From: an uncultured Acidobacteriota bacterium
GTDB taxonomy: Bacteria; Acidobacteriota; Terriglobia; UBA7540
DNA: 64,000 bases
Assembly (NCBI GenBank): GCA_963804995.1
Contig: CAWDSK010000005.1
Coordinates: forward strand, 832,001-896,000
Reading direction: 5' to 3'
The notes beneath the pieces were generated by a model. It had not been told where the DNA came from. It did not search any database and was given only the letters and a program-made list of their open reading frames with translations. Below are positions 32,687-42,389 of the stretch, in pieces. Positions within the stretch are counted from its first letter, which is position 1; every line of letters starts with the position of its first letter. The position numbers and the translations under genes were made by a program.

Positions 32687-33551
32687 ATTTCTTCTCCGTT
32701 TCCCAAACAATCCTGTCCGCCCAAAACACCGGTCCTTCCGTGCAGACCCGCTGATAGGCTTCGTGGCCTTTGCCGTCGACGCGGATGCAACAACCCAGGC
32801 AAACGCCCAGCCCGCACCCCATGCGATTCTCCATCGAAACCAGGCAGAGATGGCGGAAGCGCTTGGCAAGCTCCACCGTAGCACGCAGCATGGGCCAGGG
32901 GCCGCAGACCATCAGCAGAAACTTCTTGTTGGTATGCTCGGTGAGGTAGTCTTCCAGCGGCCGGGTCACATAGCCGCGATATCCCGCCGAGCCATTCTCC
33001 GTTGCCAGCAGCATGGCACGCACCAAGGGCTTAAATTCTTTCGTGCCCACCAGGTCGTCTTTCGTCCGCCCCCCGAAAAAGAGCCGCTGCTTGAATCCCG
33101 CCTCAGCCAGGTGCTTTGCCGGCAGAAGCAGCGCTGCGATTCCGATTCCTCCTGCAACGTGCAAAATCTCGTCGGCCGCGTGCGCGCGCGGCAGGTAATC
33201 CTCTTCGAAAAAACCATGGCCGAGCGGCGCGAGCAATCCGACCTTGTCGCCGCACTTCAGTTCCGCCATTAAGGCCGTGCCCCGCCCAACCACCTTGTAC
33301 AGAAGTTGCAGGATGCGTGGAGGCTTGCCCGCTCCCGATCCGTGGTTGTGCCCATCCTTCGCGGTCACGTCGAAGATACTCATGGGCCGGCGCAGCAGCA
33401 CGTCAGACCGACCCAGGATCCGCACCATGGCGAACTGGCCCGGGCGCACGGCCGGGGCCTGCCGCGGAGCATCAAGACTCAAGAGGAAATGGCCGCCCGT
33501 AAGGGGACGATTCTCGGTAACGGCCACAATTTCGTCGGACATCTTCCCCAT
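32670..33551 (-). CDS. pyrK: Dihydroorotate dehydrogenase electron transfer subunit
   Basis: PGQFAM, LRRPMSI, GGIGIA, CGPWPM, MGCGLGVCLGC, VCTEGPVF; directly upstream of pyrD. Confidence 0.93.
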   Translation of the reverse strand: MGKMSDEIVAVTENRPLTGGHFLLSLDAPRQAPAVRPGQFAMVRILGRSDVLLRRPMSIFDVTAKDGHNHGSGAGKPPRILQLLYKVVGRGTALMAELKCGDKVGLLAPLGHGFFEEDYLPRAHAADEILHVAGGIGIAALLLPAKHLAEAGFKQRLFFGGRTKDDLVGTKEFKPLVRAMLLATENGSAGYRGYVTRPLEDYLTEHTNKKFLLMVCGPWPMLRATVELAKRFRHLCLVSMENRMGCGLGVCLGCCIRVDGKGHEAYQRVCTEGPVFWADRIVWETEKKLGIRE

Positions 33552-33676
33552 GCTAACAGAACTGTGGGCGTTCGTGTAGGGCCTCCGAATGGCTGGTCTG
33601 CCTGCCCCGGTCGAATTCTTGTGGCGGGCGAGCGAGCGAGTGTGGTGTCCCGTGTTAGAGTTGACAATGGGTAGAA

Positions 33677-33833
33677 CCCCCTCACCCCCACGACAAGCAG
33701 AACGTGGGGCCCCCTTCTGGCCTCGGCTGATGAGAACGCCTCGGCCAGCCACCCTCTCCCCCAAAGGGGCGAGGGCAAGAGAATTAACTCTCCCCTCGCC
33801 CCTTTGGGGGAGAGGGGCTGGGGGGTGAGGGGG
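33677..33833. repeat. Inverted pair of CCCTCACCC...CCCTCTCCC-N-GGG(C/A)GAGGG elements
   Basis: Same family as 11575, 30022, 32472, 48215, 58342 and the copy split by IS1182. Confidence 0.8.
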
Positions 33834-33887
33834 TCGGACAGCCTTGTCAAATATTAACCGGGACACCACACGAGCGAGGCCTCGCCT

Positions 33888-36800
33888 TCACTGCATCCCC
33901 ACCCGGATTGTCATCACCCGATGCGGATCGATGTGGAAGCGCACACTGTGTGCATCAGACTCCAGACGCTTACCGTTGACTTCGACCGCGTTAGCTTCAT
34001 TCGCAGAAGTCACGTCCACCCAGGGCAGGGTCAGCGTGCCTTCCGTCGCCTGGCCTGCGGATTCATAGACACGCACGATCAGTCCCTGGCCGTCCTCCGC
34101 TCCCTTGACGGCGTTGATCACCAGGTTCTCCGGTGCGATCGAAGCCAGGCTCGCCTCGCCAGCGGGCAGCCTACCTTTCGCGCCCGCAAGCTTATCGCTG
34201 GGCAGCAACTCCTCGACCTCCAGCGGAGTTCGTGCTTCCCGCCCGAAGCGTGCCGCCTGGACGGGATCGAAGCGACCGCCGCTGGTCAGGGCATAGCGGA
34301 AAACGAAGTCTCCGGACTGACCTCCGGGCGTATTCGTGAACCAATAATTGTTCAGCGCGTAGGAGAAGACGGTCACCGACTTCTTCATGAAGCGGTCCGG
34401 CCAACGGCCGCGATTGATGTCGGCCAGCGAGACCAACGGCGCGTCCACCACTGCCAACGTGACGGAGTTCGTGCCGTCTTCGACGCTGACCGCATTTTGG
34501 ACGGCTGACCACTCGACCGAGGCGCCGGCGAGCAAATCCCTCTCCGGATCGACCCAGCCGTTGGGGATCTCATAACGGAAAGTGGGCTTCGAGGCGGCCC
34601 AAGGAAATGCGAAATATGCCGCCTCCTTGGCATAAGTCAACTGTTTGTGAATGCGATTGTGAATCTCGATGCGCTTCTCATTATCAAAGAGGAGTATCTC
34701 CGTTTCGATCTTCGGCGTGTTAACCGCCTGCGCGATCATCTTCACCACATAACCCCAGGGAGTCTTCTCGACGCCCGTAAGCTTTCCATTACTCGGATGA
34801 TGAACAGTCAACTCGGCGTAGGGCAGGTTGCTCGCGAGGTGAGTGAGTTGCGTCGCCTCGGCGCCGTTGCCGTGGCCTTTCTCCGTCCCGCCCCCCGTTA
34901 CGTAGAGGTATTCGTCGGCAAGATAGGGGCTCGAGGGGTCAAGTAGTTCGCGGCCCTGTTCTTTGTCGTACAGGCTCTTTATGGCGGCCCTCGTCGGGTC
35001 GAACGTCACCCGGTAGAATTTATTCTGAATGATGTTGTTTCCTGGTGCCGATTCCTCCTTATGAACAACCGGCCCGTGCCCCAAGCGGAAAACTTTGTAC
35101 CCCAACGATGGAACTTCCTGCGCCCAGAAGCGGATGGTCGCGTAGCCATCGCGCGCCTCGCTGACCTCGTAAGGCTGAGGCTGACCCGTTGCCACATCCG
35201 TCAGGGTCGCACCCTCGTTCACCTGGAAACGCACCAATCCGCTGCGTTTCCAACTGAGGGGGTTGAACACGATCAGGTCCTCGCCCTCCGTCTGAATCTG
35301 GTCGGCAAGCTGGCTCAGGCCGCGCCGCATCACTTCGTCGATTCCTGCCGCGGCGCGCGTGGCCCGACCTTCCTTCACCTCGAGTTGTCGCAACACCTCA
35401 TCGTGCTCAGGCTGGCCGACGCCGCGATAGGAAACAAAGGTGTGCTCGCCGTAAAGCATCACGTTGGTCCAGATATCCCGGCTGAGTTCGAGGGGGAAGG
35501 CCAGTGCGCGGCTAATGCCCGCATCGAGCGCGGCCAGCGCATCCGCCGCGACCGCACGCGTTTGGTCCTGGCGATAAATGGCCGTCGAGATGGCGTCTGT
35601 CCCCGCACCGTCTTCCCAATAGCCCCCGCCGTCGCCGCGCACCACGGGAAGCTTGCTGCCGTAGTGTTCTTCGACATAGCGGAAATATTCGGCGAAGCGG
35701 CACGGAATTATCTGCGGATATTCGTAGCGCGCCTTCCACTGCGCGGCCAGGTTCGCGTCCAGAAAATCCAGAGGGAGATTTTCCTCTTGTGTCCCGAAGA
35801 GCAGCACGGCGTCGGGCGCGTAGCCGGGGTGCTCGTAAGGCTGGAGGAAAATCGGTAGGCTGCTCTCACCCGCCTCGAGCGAGGGCGGCATGCCGAACGT
35901 CGTCTTCAGTTGATGGTAGTGATACGAGTACCATGCGAGCACGCGCTGGCCGTCAGGTCCCTCCCACCAGAAGGGCGAGCGCGCGTTCCAGTGACCGATA
36001 ACATTCAGAGGCCCGCGCGTTTGATTGCCCCCGCCGGCGAAGTAGTGAATCCCTGCCGCGGCCAGCGTCGACGGCACCGCCCACCCGTAAGACGGCACAT
36101 CCGTGATCCAGGCTGCGTCAAAGGGGACGCCGTAGCGGTCTTCCAGGTGCTTGCTGAAGTAGAGGCTGCGAGAAAGTTCCTCCGCGGAGGGCAGCTCGGT
36201 CATCAAGTTCGCGTAAAATCCGTTGACGCTGATTTGGCCCGCTCGGGCATTCATCTCGAAGCGGCTGGTCTGCTGCGCCGCGCGCGTTTTGAGCCACTGT
36301 TCGACGAGCCAACTTCCATCGAAATTGAAGCGGTAGTCGGGGTGAGCGGCTAGGACCTCCGGCAGTTGGTCGAGGACGCGCGCGTGAACTTCCGCCACCT
36401 TCACCTGGTAATCCGTGTAACCCACGTCCAAGTGCTCATTCGGTGCATAGAATACCTTCCATTTTCTTTTCGGATTGAATCCCACGGTGAGCGATTGGGT
36501 TCCCGGACCCTTGGTTTCCGGCGCCCAGGAATTTGTGAACTCGATATTCGCCTTGCCTGCCCCGACGGAGTCAGGAATATAGACGGGCACGCGCGCCTCA
36601 CCGAATTCACCGCGTTTGGTGACCTCGGCCGAAGTCGAGAATCCACCGAGCGCGATGTGGACCTTGGCGTTGTGCCAGCCCTGCGGGTATTGCACGGTCA
36701 ATCGGCATTCCTCTTCCAGCCCTTGGGCGGCCTTGCGGAAAAAGATGGTGGGCTCAAACCGGATCTCGGGATAGTCCTCGGGCTTAGCCACTGCGTTCTG

Positions 36801-37433
36801 GGAGAGGGTGAGGGCATCGTAATAAAACCCGGAGCCGCCCCAGCCGGTTGCACCGGACTGCGGCGTTCCGGTCACGGGCTCATCGAGGGCGGTCAGGGTC
36901 AACCGGTTCTCGCCCGCGCGCATGAAGCGGGCGGGAATGGTGATGCGCTTTTGTTGTTGCGAGTGGATGGGAATGAACGCGTCGTCCTCGTCTCCGAGCG
37001 TCGAGCCCAATTGGGGGGAGAAGTAGAAATCGCCTTGATGCCCATTGATTTCTACTCGCAGGATTGGAATCCGCGGGTGGCGGAAAAGCGCATTGACCTC
37101 CAGGAGGAATACCCCCTGCGGCGCGCTGGGAAGATCGAACACGATCGTGTAGGGATAAGGATGAACTCCCATTTCCCCATTGCCCGAACCAGGATGGAAC
37201 TGCGGCCAGTGCTTCTCGGCGCCGGCTTGTCCGATATGGATGACCACTGGCAATTGCATTTCAGGGCTGGGCACCGTCGGGAACTCATGATTCGAAAAAT
37301 CGACCTGGCCCAGCCGCCAGATTAGGTTCTCTGCCGCGAGGGAGTTCGCGCTGAACGCAGACGCCGTCAGTATGATTGCCACCGCCATACCGAAATAGTT
37401 CGCGATGGCTTTGATGAATTCAGGTTTGCGCAC
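33888..37433 (-). CDS. Glycoside hydrolase family 38 (alpha-mannosidase-like) with extra N-terminal beta-domains
   Basis: EHLDVGYTD, WITDVPSY, YWEDG, LYGEHT, FNPLSWKRSG, VKGAEDGQGLIVRVYE; GTG start with GAGG RBS at 37433. Confidence 0.88.
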   Translation of the reverse strand: MRKPEFIKAIANYFGMAVAIILTASAFSANSLAAENLIWRLGQVDFSNHEFPTVPSPEMQLPVVIHIGQAGAEKHWPQFHPGSGNGEMGVHPYPYTIVFDLPSAPQGVFLLEVNALFRHPRIPILRVEINGHQGDFYFSPQLGSTLGDEDDAFIPIHSQQQKRITIPARFMRAGENRLTLTALDEPVTGTPQSGATGWGGSGFYYDALTLSQNAVAKPEDYPEIRFEPTIFFRKAAQGLEEECRLTVQYPQGWHNAKVHIALGGFSTSAEVTKRGEFGEARVPVYIPDSVGAGKANIEFTNSWAPETKGPGTQSLTVGFNPKRKWKVFYAPNEHLDVGYTDYQVKVAEVHARVLDQLPEVLAAHPDYRFNFDGSWLVEQWLKTRAAQQTSRFEMNARAGQISVNGFYANLMTELPSAEELSRSLYFSKHLEDRYGVPFDAAWITDVPSYGWAVPSTLAAAGIHYFAGGGNQTRGPLNVIGHWNARSPFWWEGPDGQRVLAWYSYHYHQLKTTFGMPPSLEAGESSLPIFLQPYEHPGYAPDAVLLFGTQEENLPLDFLDANLAAQWKARYEYPQIIPCRFAEYFRYVEEHYGSKLPVVRGDGGGYWEDGAGTDAISTAIYRQDQTRAVAADALAALDAGISRALAFPLELSRDIWTNVMLYGEHTFVSYRGVGQPEHDEVLRQLEVKEGRATRAAAGIDEVMRRGLSQLADQIQTEGEDLIVFNPLSWKRSGLVRFQVNEGATLTDVATGQPQPYEVSEARDGYATIRFWAQEVPSLGYKVFRLGHGPVVHKEESAPGNNIIQNKFYRVTFDPTRAAIKSLYDKEQGRELLDPSSPYLADEYLYVTGGGTEKGHGNGAEATQLTHLASNLPYAELTVHHPSNGKLTGVEKTPWGYVVKMIAQAVNTPKIETEILLFDNEKRIEIHNRIHKQLTYAKEAAYFAFPWAASKPTFRYEIPNGWVDPERDLLAGASVEWSAVQNAVSVEDGTNSVTLAVVDAPLVSLADINRGRWPDRFMKKSVTVFSYALNNYWFTNTPGGQSGDFVFRYALTSGGRFDPVQAARFGREARTPLEVEELLPSDKLAGAKGRLPAGEASLASIAPENLVINAVKGAEDGQGLIVRVYESAGQATEGTLTLPWVDVTSANEANAVEVNGKRLESDAHSVRFHIDPHRVMTIRVGMQ

Positions 37434-37569
37434 AAGGACCTCACTTGGAGCCGTATGCCGGAGCGGGCATGCTTTGCCGGAGGGAAGCCTTGCGTCACCG
37501 CGCCCGCATTTTTGTCGCGCGCAGTTTACCATGCTCAGCGGGGCTTGGCAGATTAGAGCGTCTTTAATG

Positions 37570-37713
37570 CTATGAAAATGCATGTGCCAAAGGCACCTTG
37601 GAGTGCGGCGGCTCGACGCCGCCTTGAATTTACGCCGAGGACGATGACGAAGGCGGCGTCGAGCCGCCGCACTCCAAGGTGCTTCGCACATTTTCATGTA
37701 CAGTGGCGAGCCG
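37570..37713. repeat. 144-bp palindromic element, copy A
   Basis: Arms CACCTTGGAGTGCGGCGGCTCGACGCCGCCTT / AAGGCGGCGTCGAGCCGCCGCACTCCAAGGTG; near-identical copy at 41994..42137. Confidence 0.92.
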
Positions 37714-37771
37714 AATGCTCATGGGAATCTGCGGTGAAAATTGCATTTTTTCACACCCACGGGACACCACC

Positions 37772-38449
37772 CTAGAGTCGTTTCTCAATCCATCGCCGGA
37801 TGTGGGGAATGGAGTTGCGGGGAAATCTATGTGGAGAGTTGTAGAAGCGGAAATCGAGTGTGGCGGCGCGCTGGGCCAACTGGCGGCGGATTTCCAGATT
37901 CTTCTCGCGTGAGTACCATTCATCCTGGGTTGCTGCAATGTGCAGCACGTGCGTAGGCGCGGGCTGGTAGTGGGGATTCTCCGCCCAATCGAAGGGGACG
38001 CCGCCGCAGACCGCAATGACGCCGCGAATCGCCCGCGGGTGTGTGAACACGTAGCGATAGTTGAAGGCGCAAGGTTGCGAGAAGCCGAGCAGAAACACTC
38101 GCTCGGGGTCGGCGCGGTACTCCCGCACGGCGAGCTGGATGACGGTCTCCAGGTCACGATGGTGAAGTTCGACGGACTCCTCCAATTTGTAGGTTGTGCT
38201 CCAGCCGAAACCCACACGAAAGTTCTTGGGGTTTCTGCCGAAACGCCGGAAGAACTGGTTAGGACCCTGAAGGGAAATCACCACCATATTGCCGCCCGCA
38301 ATGCGCCGCGCCAATCGCATCATGGAATCTTTGTTCCCCTCGTAACCGTGCATGGCGATCAATAGCGGCCAGCGTTTCCGCCGCGGGCTGTCGAGCGGCA
38401 ACTCAATCTCATAATGGCGGCGAATGGAGCTGGAAAAGAATTCTTCCAT
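37772..38449 (-). CDS. Alpha/beta hydrolase (phospholipase/carboxylesterase-like)
   Basis: LIAMHGY, LLGFSQP nucleophile elbow, TQDEW, PHRF. Confidence 0.82.
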   Translation of the reverse strand: MEEFFSSSIRRHYEIELPLDSPRRKRWPLLIAMHGYEGNKDSMMRLARRIAGGNMVVISLQGPNQFFRRFGRNPKNFRVGFGWSTTYKLEESVELHHRDLETVIQLAVREYRADPERVFLLGFSQPCAFNYRYVFTHPRAIRGVIAVCGGVPFDWAENPHYQPAPTHVLHIAATQDEWYSREKNLEIRRQLAQRAATLDFRFYNSPHRFPRNSIPHIRRWIEKRL

Positions 38450-38524
38450 GGGTAGAGAAGTCGAAAAGTGATTCTAACACGCCCGCCCAAAGCTCCGGCA
38501 GGAAGGTGTTTGGAGGGTAGTGAC

Positions 38525-39394
38525 TCATTTTGAATTCCGCTTTTTGTACGGCCCGCGTGGGCCGAATGTCGGCTCTGGCAATAGCGCCGCGATTTCCTCA
38601 ACACTCCAAACGTGATTTGAAGCCCCAGCTTCCATTGCCGGTGTGACTCGCAGCGTCTTGTGAATCCGGCAGAAATTATAGTGCATGTAGTACAGCGCCA
38701 CCATATATGCGTGGTTCTCAACCTTCTTTGAGAAGGCATTCGTCAGGCGCGTGAACCGGCGCATACCCATTCGCATATTTAGGTTCTGGCGCTCAACAAA
38801 AGAAGTGCTGATGTGCGTCGGGTCCGGGTGGCCCATGACCGGCTTGCGCTCGCATGAAGTGCATACCGCCGGACTGTAGCGCGTTTCCTCTTGCGCGGAT
38901 TCATAGGTTTTGACCAGCATGGCATAGTCGATCTCCGACCCAAATGCACCCTCTACTGCGTCCAGGTATACCCGAAGGCCATCCGTTGTTAGCTGAATTC
39001 TACTCGCAAGCCGTTCCTTAAGGTCGTCAATGAAAATACGGGCGGTCTGCAAATCACGATTGCCTACCATGAATGACGGCACCAGCTTGGTATCCGCGTC
39101 GATGGCAACCCAAGTCCAAACGTCGCCATACCCGAATTGACCCTTCTTGTCGGCAGGGACGTTCTTCTCTTTGGCGTAGCAGAACGTCCAGCACTCATCG
39201 CACTGGATACGCTTGCACTTCAGGCCGCGAAGCGCCTTGTCCTGATACTCAGCGCACGCCATGCCGATTTGTGGCAGCAGATTTAAGACGCTGTTAAACG
39301 CCACATCGCACATGCGAGTGGTAGCGCGAAGGGAATTCCCTTCTACCAGCGCGTGGATGATTTGGGATTGCTTTTTGCGGCTCATCTTATTCAT
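38525..39394 (-). CDS. IS1-family DDE transposase (single ORF)
   Basis: HTH (LVEGNSLRATTR), QCDECWTF, LTTDG, STSFVERQNL, RRFTRLTNAFSKK, YNFCRIH, TPAMEAG; stop codon lies inside the IR. Confidence 0.92.
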   Translation of the reverse strand: MNKMSRKKQSQIIHALVEGNSLRATTRMCDVAFNSVLNLLPQIGMACAEYQDKALRGLKCKRIQCDECWTFCYAKEKNVPADKKGQFGYGDVWTWVAIDADTKLVPSFMVGNRDLQTARIFIDDLKERLASRIQLTTDGLRVYLDAVEGAFGSEIDYAMLVKTYESAQEETRYSPAVCTSCERKPVMGHPDPTHISTSFVERQNLNMRMGMRRFTRLTNAFSKKVENHAYMVALYYMHYNFCRIHKTLRVTPAMEAGASNHVWSVEEIAALLPEPTFGPRGPYKKRNSK

Positions 39395-39400
39395 AATGAA

Positions 39401-39429
39401 ATTATGCATGAGCAGCACATGCATGTCAA
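39401..39429 (-). promoter_or_regulatory. Sigma70 promoter for the transposase, probably leaderless mRNA
   Basis: TTGACA-N17-CATAAT ending 6 nt before ATG 39394. Confidence 0.6.
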
Positions 39430-39646
39430 GAATTATTTTTATCATTGAAAATCAGCGCTTGCTAAGCACATACTGCTGTGGTAGCGTTTGCCTCAGAATC
39501 CCGTACTTGTTAAGAGAATATTCATGTCGGGGTGTTGATTTGCTGACCACGGCAACAGGCGGGTTGGAGAATAAATTGCTCACCGTTAAGCCTGATGTCT
39601 ATGCATCGCTGCGAGCGCTTGCGACATCAAAAAAGGGGTGAGGATT

Positions 39647-39946
39647 ATGCCGATGACAGAAGATATCAAGGGCGTTTCGTCCATGCAAAGAATTGCTGAT
39701 CTGGGCGAAAAGATATACGCCGATAAATACAAGGAAACCTTGGAAAAAGAGCACGACGGACAGTTTGCCGCTATAGACGTGCTTAGTGGAAACGTGTATG
39801 TGGGGGAATTTCCTGAGCTGGCTATAGAAAAAGCACAGACGGAGTCTCCGACTGGAGTATTCCATTTAATTCGTATCGGGTCTCCTGGAGCTTTCAAGAG
39901 CAGTCGGATCGGCGGGGAACGTAATGTGGGTGCTTGGCCATTTTGA
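39647..39946 (+). CDS. Small hypothetical protein (DUF5678-like), partner of the aspartyl protease
   Basis: GEKIY...GQFAAIDVLSG...IRIG pattern; overlaps the downstream protease gene. Confidence 0.7.
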   Translation: MPMTEDIKGVSSMQRIADLGEKIYADKYKETLEKEHDGQFAAIDVLSGNVYVGEFPELAIEKAQTESPTGVFHLIRIGSPGAFKSSRIGGERNVGAWPF

Positions 39947-40415
39947 CCAGCAGGGGAATGCCTGCGTAAAATTTCATCTTTGCGGTGTCCACCATGAAGC
40001 CCCTGGAGTGGAGTTTGAAGGACTGATTGACACTGGCTTCACCGGATTTCTGCAACTTCCCATTCAGCACGCCTTTCAACTCAAACTTCCATTAAACGGT
40101 ACGGCAAGCATCACCCTTGCCGATGCCCACCATACGGTATGCCTTACTGCATTAGCTAGGACCACGTTCAATGGACAAACCGTAGTTGGCGTGGTCTCGC
40201 TGGAAATGCAGTCTCAAGAAATTCTAATTGGAATGGATTTCCTTAGACAATTCAAGAAGGGTTTGGTCGTTGCAAAAGGTGTGGTCATTATCACAGAGGA
40301 AGATTGGCTTGATCAACTAACAAGCCCTCCCCGAGACGGACAAGAGGCAGCCGCCGCAACCGAAGAAAGCACTACTTCGGGTGGTCCTGCGGCTTCTTCG
40401 CCCACCGAGAAATAG
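39924..40415 (+). CDS. Clan AA (retropepsin-like) aspartyl protease
   Basis: LIDTGFTG catalytic motif, ITLAD flap, ILIGMDFL. Confidence 0.88.
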   Translation: MWVLGHFDQQGNACVKFHLCGVHHEAPGVEFEGLIDTGFTGFLQLPIQHAFQLKLPLNGTASITLADAHHTVCLTALARTTFNGQTVVGVVSLEMQSQEILIGMDFLRQFKKGLVVAKGVVIITEEDWLDQLTSPPRDGQEAAAATEESTTSGGPAASSPTEK

Positions 40416-40632
40416 CTGCCTGTTTGGCAATCTGTGTTCGCCTTCTTGCCGATAAATTCTCAGAACGAGCTTTCCCACCCTTCAGGCCACCCTTCCGTCC
40501 GATCTCTGCGAGATATGTGGATACTGGGCTACGCTCTGACTCCGGTTCTTGTGTCAACTCTCCGGCCAAAAGCTTTGCGACGTGCTGTGCTCTCTGGTTA
40601 GTATCGGTAGGAAGCTTCCTCGGCTTTATCAT
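40372..40632 (-). CDS. Small basic IS-associated protein
   Basis: GRKGGLKGGKARSENLSARRRTQIAKQAAISRW; inside the right end of the IS. Confidence 0.75.
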   Translation of the reverse strand: MIKPRKLPTDTNQRAQHVAKLLAGELTQEPESERSPVSTYLAEIGRKGGLKGGKARSENLSARRRTQIAKQAAISRWAKKPQDHPK

Positions 40633-40993
40633 GCCCCCCATTATGCCACTGGCCTTGTCGGTGTCCAGCGGAAACCTGGGAAATTTCAAAATGAGTCACT
40701 ACCGTTTGGAGGGCTGGTCCACCCCTGCCCCACACGCGGGTCGTAATCATCTGCGCGATAAGGGCCAAGTCCCCGCACCCCTTCAAAAGTGTATGGGGGA
40801 CAACTTGTCTTCCGGTCAGAAATGGGGTGGACTTTGTATTATATCGGTGCTATGAAGAGGGCAGGCAGAGGTTGCAACGGCGTGGGCCGTTGATTTCGCG
40901 TCTCCAATCACAGGGCTAAAGACAGGATAAGGGGCAAAAGTGCCCCTGAAGTTTGTGGGTTTCGTGCCGATGTAGTGTTCGGAGGGCATACCG

Positions 40994-41914
40994 ATGGAGG
41001 TATCGCATCCCACTAATCGGCAGGTGACACTGCTGTTGAGCGTGTTTGTGTGTCTGGCCATGACGGCACACGCACGATCGCGAGAAACGGCATTACCCAA
41101 CGGTGTTTGCGGTGATCCTAACCACGTGGCGGAAGCTCGCCTGTTGGGTCGCACCATGGTGCAGCAGGCTCTTTCTGCCGGAATGCCCTGGGCCGACAAT
41201 GCCTTGAACGAATACGTTAACCGCTTAGGACAGAATCTGGCGCGGAGCAGCGGCAGCCAGGAGGTTTTCACCTTCTACGTTCTCTACAATCCGAAAGTCA
41301 ACGCCCAGGCGTATCCGGGAGGGTTCGTGGTGGTCAATTCCGGGGTAATCAGTATCGCCGGAAGCGAGGGTGAACTGGCTTCCGTCCTTTCCCATGAAAT
41401 CGGGCATATCAACGCCTGCCATTGGCAATCCACAGCTCGGAGGATCAATCTCTTGGAGTTGCTCCCACTGATTCCCGCCGTTGCTTTGTGGGGGCCGGTG
41501 GGGGTTATCCTCCTCTCAGGAAGCGGCCTGGCGATGCCGGTGACACAGGCTCGGTTCAACCGCTCGGCGGAAAGTCAAGCCGACCGCCTGGCGGTTTCGT
41601 ACCTCCAACGGGCAGGATATAACCCGAAGGCTGCAGTGAAGATGTTAGAGCGCCTGGAAGAGGAGGAATCGAGCCAGGGGGTGAAGTCCGGCGGGCTACT
41701 GGCTGGGCACCCCGCGGCAAGTGATCGGCGCAAGAAACTGGAAAAGATTCTCCCCGGCCTCCCTCCACCGGATTTCGTGCCCCACGACGAAGCGGAATTC
41801 CTTCAGATGCGGAAGCAGGTGCAAGACTACGACCTGGTTTATTCCCGCGCCGTAGGCGTGCGAGTGCCGGGACACGAGGCGCCCCCTCCCGAACTGTCCC
41901 GTCGACCGCAATAA
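40994..41914 (+). CDS. M48 family metallopeptidase
   Basis: VNAQAYPGG, ELASVLSHEIGH, ESQAD, HP. Confidence 0.9.
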   Translation: MEVSHPTNRQVTLLLSVFVCLAMTAHARSRETALPNGVCGDPNHVAEARLLGRTMVQQALSAGMPWADNALNEYVNRLGQNLARSSGSQEVFTFYVLYNPKVNAQAYPGGFVVVNSGVISIAGSEGELASVLSHEIGHINACHWQSTARRINLLELLPLIPAVALWGPVGVILLSGSGLAMPVTQARFNRSAESQADRLAVSYLQRAGYNPKAAVKMLERLEEEESSQGVKSGGLLAGHPAASDRRKKLEKILPGLPPPDFVPHDEAEFLQMRKQVQDYDLVYSRAVGVRVPGHEAPPPELSRRPQ

Positions 41915-41993
41915 AATAGCTCAACCTGGGTCCCGGATTCATAAACTCAAACATTAACCCGCAGCGTGAACGTGCACGCCCGCGCGCGGCCCC

Positions 41994-42137
41994 CGGCTCG
42001 CCACTGTACATGAAAATGTGCGAAGCACCTTGGAGTGCGGCGGCTCGACGCCGCCTTGAATTTACGCCGAGGACGATGACGAAGGCGGCGTCGAGCCGCC
42101 GCACTCCAAGGTGCCTTTGGCACATTCATTTTCATAG
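41994..42137. repeat. 144-bp palindromic element, copy B
   Basis: Outer flanks are the reverse complement of copy A (one mismatch); central spacer has the same orientation as in copy A. Confidence 0.92.
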
Positions 42138-42389
42138 CCGAGACGCTGAGACGCAGAGAAATGCCTCTTCGTTTTCAGACCTCTGCACCTTCGCGCCTCT
42201 GCGGTGAAAGTTATGCGGGGATTTTTTCACACCTTCTCCGGCTTTGCCGGAGGATAATTACTGCGCGTCTGAGCATTCTCTCCAAGAGACTTCCGTCGCG
42301 GTATCGCACCGCGACGTGATCCGGATGTTGCTGCACCCGCTTGGAGTTTCAGCACGCCTCGCCTACAATGTTCCCCTTCCAGGTGAACC

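Larger units (their letters stand above)
38516..40703. mobile_element. IS1-family element carrying passenger genes (transporter IS)
   Basis: Perfect 19-bp IR GGTAGTGACTCATTTTGAA at both ends; 8-bp target duplication GTTTGGAG at 38508-38515 and 40704-40711. Confidence 0.92.

Noticed and set aside
33552..33869. Long N-terminal extensions of the pyrK and GH38 ORFs (also 37434..37697)
   Set aside because: They run through palindromic repeats; better starts lie downstream.
37570..42137. Composite transposon bounded by the two 144-bp elements
   Set aside because: No outer target duplication seen; the internal transposase has its own IRs and duplication.
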